DNA of 64,000 nt from an uncultured delta proteobacterium. GTDB taxonomy: Bacteria; Bdellovibrionota; FAC87; UBA2466. Below the pieces are notes generated by a model. It had not been told where the DNA came from. It saw only the letters and a list, made by a program, of their open reading frames with translations, and did no database searches. The translations under genes and the position numbers were made by a program. The stretch is from assembly GCA_963778115.1 (NCBI GenBank), contig CAVZSV010000004.1:640001-704000 (forward strand), given 5' to 3'. Of the stretch, positions 57,032-64,000 are shown piece by piece (position 1 is the stretch's first letter; every line of letters starts with the position of its first letter).

Positions 57032-57955
57032 TTGTCTAAGTCTAAGGGGTTTCCCAAAGTCTTATCAGTCGCTATCCTAACCGTTTTTGCTATTTCGTCC
57101 TCTTCCTGGGGGTGGGGAGAACCAGGCCACATGATAATCTCACGAGCGGCAGCCCAGTTGATGAAATCCCCCGGCTCCGGCTTCTTCCAATCCAATTCCG
57201 ATAATCTAGCCACTCTTGCCACCACACCCGATTTGAAATGGAAACAATCCTCCACTTACAGCAAAGAAGCCATGCTCCATTTTTTCCAATGGGACAATTA
57301 CAGCCAATCCAGCATCGCTAACTCATTTCCCGTCGATCTAAATACAGCCATTAGTAAAGTCGGACAGAAATTTATTAACACCAACGGATCCGCGGTGTGG
57401 CGCGCGGCCCAGTTTTACGATCTCATGGTGAAGGCACTTTCGACAGGCGATTGTGCTACGGCGTTGCAGATGGGTGGTGTTCTCGGACATTATATTGGAG
57501 ATTTGTCCCAACCCATGCACAATACGAGCGACTATGATGGCCAATCCATCGACGATCCGGGGATACATGCCTATTTTGAAACCACTCTCGTAAATAAGCA
57601 GAATCAAGCTAATCTTCTAACCTCAGTCATTACTGCGGGGGGTAAACCCCATCCTGAAGTAGAACCTACTGCATTGGTAGGTAACGATATGGACATTATC
57701 GCCATGGGCGCGTTAGAGAGTCAGGCATCTCTGGGAGTCTTGCCCGAACTTCTCGCCGATTTTCCCGTAGACTCAAACTCGTCGAATGATCCCGACTTAG
57801 TCGCACACTTCGCCCCGCTCATGGGTCGCGGCGCGTACGTCTTAGCACGAGTCTGGGATTTAGCGTTTGAAAGGGCCATGGCCGCCGGCAAGAACTCTTG
57901 TCCGAGCCAATCGATTACCGTTGAGCAGCCAAACTGGATTCCTTTAACAGAATAG
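57032..57955 (+). CDS. S1/P1 nuclease / zinc-dependent phospholipase C fold protein
   Basis: WGEPGH, TPD, HYIGDLSQPMH, IHAYFE. Confidence 0.85.
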   Translation: MSKSKGFPKVLSVAILTVFAISSSSWGWGEPGHMIISRAAAQLMKSPGSGFFQSNSDNLATLATTPDLKWKQSSTYSKEAMLHFFQWDNYSQSSIANSFPVDLNTAISKVGQKFINTNGSAVWRAAQFYDLMVKALSTGDCATALQMGGVLGHYIGDLSQPMHNTSDYDGQSIDDPGIHAYFETTLVNKQNQANLLTSVITAGGKPHPEVEPTALVGNDMDIIAMGALESQASLGVLPELLADFPVDSNSSNDPDLVAHFAPLMGRGAYVLARVWDLAFERAMAAGKNSCPSQSITVEQPNWIPLTE

Positions 57956-58058
57956 AGCGTTTGGCCCACTGAAGCCTTTGGTTGACGCGGCGTTCAGTGG
58001 GCCAGCTTCGCTTGGTTTATAATGATAAGACAACACACCCCTTGCACGCCAAGAAACT

Positions 58059-59198
58059 ATGAGATTTTACTTCATCGCTTCCAACACCACTTCACTCTCG
58101 GGCGCTAGCGAACACCTTTGGCAACAGACCGCACTTCGTCTCAAAGAGCGCGGCCACGACGTTGCGGTAAGTGTTCCCAATTTTCCGGGCCAAAGTTCAC
58201 CTTCGCTAGAAAAGATGCAAGCCGCACTAATCCCTATCCACCGCTACCCGGCTTTCCGACAAACCACTTTCGCTAAAGTCAGACATCTTTTTCTGGGCGA
58301 TCGCTCCTTCTTCAGGCCGGTAAAGGCTTTTGAACCAAATCTAGTCGTTATCTCAAATGGAAATGCTTACGATTCACTCTTTTGGGGAGAATGGGCGATT
58401 AATGCGAAGCTCCCGTTCATCTATATCCATCAATCGGTCCGCGATAGAGACTGGCCTCATGATAACGATTTAGAAAAAATAGAGACCCTTTATCAAAAGG
58501 CAAAACAACATTATTTTGTCTCGGAAGGAAATTTGCACCTCTTTGAAAAGCAAACCGGAATCAATCTCAACTCCAAGCAAATACTCTTTAACCATCCTGT
58601 GCCCCATCAAAATTTGACACTCCCCTGGCCCGATTCCAACATCCTTCGTCTGGCCTGTCCGGCTAGGATCGACTTTTCGCACAAAGGACAGGACCTTTTG
58701 ATCGATGTCCTCGACCAGAAGAAATGGCGCCATCGAGACATTCAAATAGGAATCTACGGCGAAGGTTCCAACGCGAAGCTGTTACAGCGAATGATCCGGC
58801 GCTCCGCTCTGGAGAGTAAGATCCAAATGCATGGACACCGGGAACTAACCGAAATTTGGTCTAACGCACATGGGCTAATACTCCCCTCCCGATCGGAAGG
58901 TTTCTCCCTTTCGCTAACCGAAGCGTGTCTGGCGAAGCGATTTGTCATCACGACGGCGGTGGGAGACAACGAGAAATTCGTCGAGAACGGAGTTACTGGC
59001 TTTTTAATGAGAAATCCCCTAGCCGAAGATTTGGACTGGGCCCTAGAGCAGGTTTATGAGTGCCGTGACCGGTGGAAAGCTCTAGGAGAAGCCGCATTTG
59101 TTCGCATGAAGAGTTACGTCCCGCAAGATCCCGTTTTGATTTTCGCAGAGATTTTGGAAGGCTCGCGCACCGAGACCCTCGCTAAGAAAGCGGCTTAA
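58059..59198 (+). CDS. GT4 glycosyltransferase
   Basis: HKGQDLL, LPSRSEGFSLSLTEA, TAVGD. Confidence 0.9.
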   Translation: MRFYFIASNTTSLSGASEHLWQQTALRLKERGHDVAVSVPNFPGQSSPSLEKMQAALIPIHRYPAFRQTTFAKVRHLFLGDRSFFRPVKAFEPNLVVISNGNAYDSLFWGEWAINAKLPFIYIHQSVRDRDWPHDNDLEKIETLYQKAKQHYFVSEGNLHLFEKQTGINLNSKQILFNHPVPHQNLTLPWPDSNILRLACPARIDFSHKGQDLLIDVLDQKKWRHRDIQIGIYGEGSNAKLLQRMIRRSALESKIQMHGHRELTEIWSNAHGLILPSRSEGFSLSLTEACLAKRFVITTAVGDNEKFVENGVTGFLMRNPLAEDLDWALEQVYECRDRWKALGEAAFVRMKSYVPQDPVLIFAEILEGSRTETLAKKAA

Positions 59199-59215
59199 TT
59201 TCTCTTTTTCTATCT

Positions 59216-60154
59216 ATGACAGATTTTTCTACTCAATTAACGGTAGGGATTACTTACTATAACGAAAAAGAACTCCTCACGCGTTGCTTGGAGAGTTTGT
59301 GTCAAAGCGATCCATTGCCCGAACGAATAGTCGTCATCGATGATGGAGCGACTTTCCCCGCCAAGGACTACATTCCCTCCGCGTTCTCGTTTGTGGAACT
59401 CATTCGAACTGAACAAAACGAAGGGCTTTCGAAATCGAGAAATTACTTACTAACCCGTTGCCTCAGCGAGTTTATCCACTTCCACGACGCCGATGATTTT
59501 TTCCTACCCGGCTGGACAGACGCCACAAAAAAGGCGCTCAGCAAAAATCAGGTCGATGTTTTGATTTGCGGCCTTAGATCTATCAACGATAAAGGTAAGG
59601 TAACCGAAGATGTTATGGAACTATTTAAGATTGGATCGAAACTAGACATACTCGCGTTTTGTCTTTTGGAATCCTTACTGCCCTCAGCTCTGACTTACCG
59701 TACGGAGAAGTTAAGAGGCATAGGAGGTTTTCCCACTTTTTTATCTCAGGCTGAGGACTTTTACGTAAATGCTCGACTTGCGATAGACGGGGCTAGCTTT
59801 GAGAAACTGGACCAAACGTTGGCGGTGCGATGGGAAAGATACGGGAGTATGAGCAAGGACAGGATCGCGGGGGGGAAAGAAGCCCTTTTGGCCATGCAAA
59901 AGTTAAAACCCCTTGTCCCTAAATCCCATCTTCCCTATTTGGCTGACAGAGCCGCAAAGCTAGGATCGAGTTTTTTTCAACTAGGTGCGAAAACCGAGGC
60001 TCGCGAGGCTTTTCGGATAGCCAAGGAGCTTGGCAACGCCCCCTTTGCCCATCGCCCTCGTCTGGTGCGATTAGTGGCAAAGACTTTTGGTCCCGAACTC
60101 GCCGAGTCCATGGCAAATCAGGTTCGCGCTATTAAAAAATCCTCTCGCAGATAA
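59216..60154 (+). CDS. GT2 glycosyltransferase
   Basis: TYYNE, VIDDGA, FHDADD, AEDF. Confidence 0.9.
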   Translation: MTDFSTQLTVGITYYNEKELLTRCLESLCQSDPLPERIVVIDDGATFPAKDYIPSAFSFVELIRTEQNEGLSKSRNYLLTRCLSEFIHFHDADDFFLPGWTDATKKALSKNQVDVLICGLRSINDKGKVTEDVMELFKIGSKLDILAFCLLESLLPSALTYRTEKLRGIGGFPTFLSQAEDFYVNARLAIDGASFEKLDQTLAVRWERYGSMSKDRIAGGKEALLAMQKLKPLVPKSHLPYLADRAAKLGSSFFQLGAKTEAREAFRIAKELGNAPFAHRPRLVRLVAKTFGPELAESMANQVRAIKKSSRR

Positions 60155-60165
60155 AGAGCGAGCCT

Positions 60166-61662
60166 TTACTCCGCCACTTGTGAACTTTCAATCACTCGCT
60201 TAACCGACGGCGGCGTCCAGCTACCGTTAATGACTTCTTCTTTCGGCCAGTAAAGTCTCATTATCAGATTAAACCCTTCCTGAGGCGCGGGTAACCAATT
60301 CACCGCCAGGTCATCTTTCGGCTGGTCGTGCTGAATAGGAATATCTAAAGACCCGTCGTCGTTAAACTTCAACTTATCCCGATCGCCAACGGCGTATCTC
60401 TTAATGGGATTAGCGACGAGAAACTGGTTATTATTATACAGAGTCACCGACCAGAAAGCGTTGACGGGCGGAATTTGCTCCTTGTCAAAATGAAGGACGT
60501 ATTGATGTTCGCCGGAGAGCGGCTTTCCATCCGAGTCCGTTCGAGACATCGGATAGATGGCGTCTTTGGCTAAATTCGCTCCCAGCCCAACTTTGGCGAT
60601 GGCCGCGCGGTCCAGAAACCGAATTCCGTAACTGCCCAAATCATAGGCCACCATCCATCCGTTAATTTGCTTAGCGGCGGGAGAAACGCCTGCGGCCGCG
60701 ACCTTGTTGATCCCCTCTTGAAATCCTCGCTCAATTCCACGGCGAGTGGAAGCATCCACGTTGTCCAAAGAAAAGGACTGCCCGGGCGAAATTCCTATCG
60801 CGGCAAGTGTCCCTAGAATGGGGGCATCAGCGTCAGCCGGAGGATTTTGGATCATCAAGTGATTTAGCTTTTCATAAAATTGGGGAGCAGTAAGGTTTCC
60901 CACCTGCTCTACTGGGGGAGTTACCGAATCAATATCGGCGTTGTAAGCGACTTCCCGGGGGGCGTGGAACTCTTTTCCAAAGGAACTAAGCGGAGTGAGC
61001 TTATATTGGTCCTGAAGCTTATTGACCGCTTCATAATCTGACTTACCGTTACACTGAGTTCTTCCCAGAATCCACGCGAGGTTCGTCGGGGAGCGTATCT
61101 CTTTTACTCCGGCTGGCAGAAGCCCCGACCATGAGGGGCCTACAAAAGCAAAATCGCCCTTCATCGTTCCCGTCGTTCGTTTCCCGGGCGATGCAAATAC
61201 ATTGGTCCACGCATCCAATGTCGGCATTAGGTAGTAACGTCCTTCCGTATCGGGAACACTTAAGATGATGGGCTCACTGGTTAGGTCAAGCCATGCCACC
61301 GAATAGAGCGTATCAACATTGGGGCTCACCACTTCGGTCAAAGCAGGTCCCGGAAATTTTCGTAGATGAATAAATTGGTTGAGAGGTGCTTTTCGACCCT
61401 TAACGGTGGGGGTCGCGGTCATGACGTCTTTGGTGACCGACATCAGCACTAAGGGGTAGCCAAAGATATAGGCTTGCTCAGCTAAAAAGGCGGCTCGCGC
61501 CTCTTTCTGTACCGCGGACTGTTTTGGACTAGGTTTGGACTTATGCGATCGGCCGAAACTAGGGAAGCTTAAGAGCGTCAAAAAACAAAAGAGAAGAAAT
61601 GCCACTTGCTTTGCCACGGGGAACCACCTTTCTTTCGAACTACAACGATTGGGTAAATACAC
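60166..61662 (-). CDS. DUF1254/DUF1214 domain protein
   Basis: AYIFGYPLV, PNVDTLYS.AWLDL, PPVNAFWSVTLY, MRLYWP. Confidence 0.9.
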   Translation of the reverse strand: MYLPNRCSSKERWFPVAKQVAFLLFCFLTLLSFPSFGRSHKSKPSPKQSAVQKEARAAFLAEQAYIFGYPLVLMSVTKDVMTATPTVKGRKAPLNQFIHLRKFPGPALTEVVSPNVDTLYSVAWLDLTSEPIILSVPDTEGRYYLMPTLDAWTNVFASPGKRTTGTMKGDFAFVGPSWSGLLPAGVKEIRSPTNLAWILGRTQCNGKSDYEAVNKLQDQYKLTPLSSFGKEFHAPREVAYNADIDSVTPPVEQVGNLTAPQFYEKLNHLMIQNPPADADAPILGTLAAIGISPGQSFSLDNVDASTRRGIERGFQEGINKVAAAGVSPAAKQINGWMVAYDLGSYGIRFLDRAAIAKVGLGANLAKDAIYPMSRTDSDGKPLSGEHQYVLHFDKEQIPPVNAFWSVTLYNNNQFLVANPIKRYAVGDRDKLKFNDDGSLDIPIQHDQPKDDLAVNWLPAPQEGFNLIMRLYWPKEEVINGSWTPPSVKRVIESSQVAE

Positions 61663-61807
61663 TCGAAAGAGGTTTTCTCAAAGCGCTTGTTGAGTCTGGT
61701 GCGTAAGTCTTACGATTAAGGAAAAATTTGAGGAGCGCGTTTCGGAGGATTTTGAAAGAATCTGTAGCACGGGGCTTTAGCCAACGTCCGTGTAACGCGA
61801 ACGACGC

Positions 61808-61841
61808 AAAAAAGGGGAGGCCTATCAGGCCTTCCCCTTTT
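61808..61841 (-). terminator. Intrinsic terminator downstream of the carboxypeptidase gene
   Basis: AAAAAAGGGGAGGCCT-atc-AGGCCTTCCCCTTTT. Confidence 0.75.
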
Positions 61842-61871
61842 AATCAAAACCGAACGTCCGAGTCTTTCTTC

Positions 61872-62954
61872 CTAGAAGTTTTCGATGAAATGATACAACG
61901 CAGGCAACGTCTCGTTGATCAATTGAGGCAGCTCGCTAGGATCTGGCGCGAAATCCTCGCCACCCATTTCAAAACCGAGGGCTAAGGTTCCGTGCTGCCA
62001 GTACCAATAGTCGGCACTCGAACCGACGGCGATGTAAAGGATCTGAGAGATCTGCCCGGCCTGAAACCCAGTGTCCTGAGCCAGGATGTTAGAGATCTTT
62101 TCGAACTTAGGAAGATCGGCTGCCGGGATCGATTCATCCGTATAAGCCCAAGGATACATCACCATCTGAGCGTTGGAATGAATATCGAGACTTCCGACAA
62201 TGTGTTTCGTCGCGAACCATGACATTTCACTTGAAACAGACACGTTAGAAGTGTGATTGGGTTGATCCGGATAGGGATAATCCCGATTGGGATCCAGCCC
62301 ATTCGTATACCGATCCTGATTAATATAACCATCAGGGCAAACTACCGGAATGACGTAGATGATGTGGTTGTCCAGCATTGCGGTCATTCGGGCATCCGTA
62401 CCGTATCCCGAAAGTAGCTGTTGGATCATCGTTAAGGTCAATTCGGGGGTAGCGATCTCGTTTCCATGAGTGGACGAGGTAATGAGAACTTCCGGCTTTC
62501 CTACCGAACCCGTTTTGTTTGTGATCTTAAGAGCCAACAACTGTCGCCCTTCTTGGGATGACCCATAGTTTTCCAAGGAAGCCATCGTGGGATATTGCTG
62601 AACGGTCTGATTTAATTCGGAAACGACCGTATCATACGTATGATACGCATCGTGCCATCCGGGATTGGTGCGATCTTTGCGGGTGAAGACATCGTGAATG
62701 TCCTTCTCGATCAATTTCGCCTGAGGGAATTTCTGTTGAAAGTCCTTGTCCTGATTGGCCGGAACAATCACTTCGACCCGCATTCCCGAACGTTGCTCGA
62801 CATCATACCCCGAGACCAAAGCACGTAACTCGGAAAAGCTCTGTGCTTGAACCGCAAAACTTGAAAGTACTGTCCATTTAGGTGCCGCAAAACTCGAACT
62901 TGAAAACAACAGCAGAAGCGCAATGGTACCTGTCGCGCCTAGTCTTCGTGCCAT
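61872..62954 (-). CDS. M14 zinc carboxypeptidase
   Basis: HGNE, DPNRDY, DIHS, GSSADY, FEM; signal peptide. Confidence 0.9.
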   Translation of the reverse strand: MARRLGATGTIALLLLFSSSSFAAPKWTVLSSFAVQAQSFSELRALVSGYDVEQRSGMRVEVIVPANQDKDFQQKFPQAKLIEKDIHDVFTRKDRTNPGWHDAYHTYDTVVSELNQTVQQYPTMASLENYGSSQEGRQLLALKITNKTGSVGKPEVLITSSTHGNEIATPELTLTMIQQLLSGYGTDARMTAMLDNHIIYVIPVVCPDGYINQDRYTNGLDPNRDYPYPDQPNHTSNVSVSSEMSWFATKHIVGSLDIHSNAQMVMYPWAYTDESIPAADLPKFEKISNILAQDTGFQAGQISQILYIAVGSSADYWYWQHGTLALGFEMGGEDFAPDPSELPQLINETLPALYHFIENF

Positions 62955-63084
62955 GATTTTTCTCCAGTTAAGTGTGATGGATTGGGTCAAGACCAAGAGT
63001 ATCTTTGATGGGCACAACAATGCCACCAGGGTGGGAATTACTCTTAACCGATGTTATTAGCCGCAATGACACGGCTCAATATTT

Positions 63085-63651
63085 TTAGGGGTTTTTCGGC
63101 ATAAAGTGAATTACCAAGAGTCGATTATCGGAAGTCCGAATCACGTGCGCCAAGATACCGGGGGCAGCCTTTCGGGAATGCGATGCCACCAACGCCGCAT
63201 ACTTCTCGGCCTGATCATTCATTTCATCTGGTGCGGCGGCGTTTCCATAATTTCCCCCAGAGAAATTGATGAATGTATCCGTGTGGGCACTACGAAGGTA
63301 GTTCGCTTTTGAATACTCCACGTCACTTTTCCAAGCCACGGAATCGATGACACGCGTTACCTGGTTACTCTTATTATCCTTGATCAGACCCTCTATGGTC
63401 TTTGCTAGGTCAAAGAGATCGTTCAACCGCACCGAAGCGGGGGCATGGCCTGATTGACCGCTCTCAACTATCTCGTTCCAGGTCGTCTCTAGCTTTCGCA
63501 CTTCGGAATTGCGAGCGATGACTTTAGTTTGCGCCAAGATGGTTCGGTTGGCATTAATCTCGGCGACATCTAATACCTCGGCTCGACAGAGCGATCCCAA
63601 AGCAAGAAGGATGAAGGAGAGGAAAAGAAATAGCGATTTCGGAAAACCCAT
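63085..63651 (-). CDS. Hypothetical exported protein
   Basis: Signal peptide-like start, 188 aa. Confidence 0.65.
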   Translation of the reverse strand: MGFPKSLFLFLSFILLALGSLCRAEVLDVAEINANRTILAQTKVIARNSEVRKLETTWNEIVESGQSGHAPASVRLNDLFDLAKTIEGLIKDNKSNQVTRVIDSVAWKSDVEYSKANYLRSAHTDTFINFSGGNYGNAAAPDEMNDQAEKYAALVASHSRKAAPGILAHVIRTSDNRLLVIHFMPKNP

Positions 63652-64000
63652 AATACCCCCATGGCATAGCCAAAAATTAGATGCCGCCCATTATATTCAT
63701 CGCGTCATAAAACACCAGGAATATTATCTAAGTTATCATTATTACATAATAAAACGGCATCTAGTTTATCAACACTATCGCCTGAAAGATCGACGCAATT
63801 TCACAAAGGCTAGGCTCAATAAACAGGCACGTACGTTGCTCCTTCTAGGCTGATGACCTTCTCGCCACCCCATGCTAGCGATTCGCTCTATAAAGACGCC
63901 GGAATTCACTGCCTATATTGTGGGCACTACCAGCTTCCCGCTACGGACCAATTGGATAACTGGACCTGTAACTACTGCTTTAGCGGCCTCATCTCTTTTC

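Overview
Bacterial chromosomal window rich in secreted and hypothetical proteins. The gene mix is compatible with a Bdellovibrionota/deltaproteobacterium-like organism, but this is inference only. The main signal is an intact tmRNA gene (ssrA, 6704-7060) followed by four more copies of its 3' end (TTCGATTCCCCCCACCTCCA, ending at 10920, 13380, 15847 and 18722). These copies divide 11.7 kb into four tandem islets of 2.5-3.9 kb, none of which encodes an integrase. Every islet has the same non-coding end architecture: paired 11-bp G(A/T)GCGTG repeats at both ends, 20-bp GCTTA repeats, and a TTTATCGNCGATAAA palindrome at a fixed distance from the core. GNA-triloop hairpins follow most cores. Three islets carry a toxin-antitoxin operon at their tmRNA-proximal end. 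Cargo includes an ATPase-TIR fusion, a PIN-domain protein and a methyltransferase/LuxI-like GNAT pair. I read this as a non-autonomous, tmRNA-anchored cassette array mobilised in trans. The rest of the window holds an IS50-like element broken by an 11-bp duplication, an amino-sugar/glycosylation cluster, a MASE1-CHASE kinase, a DEAD-box helicase and many exported enzymes. Protein calls come from motifs recognised by eye; no database searches were run.
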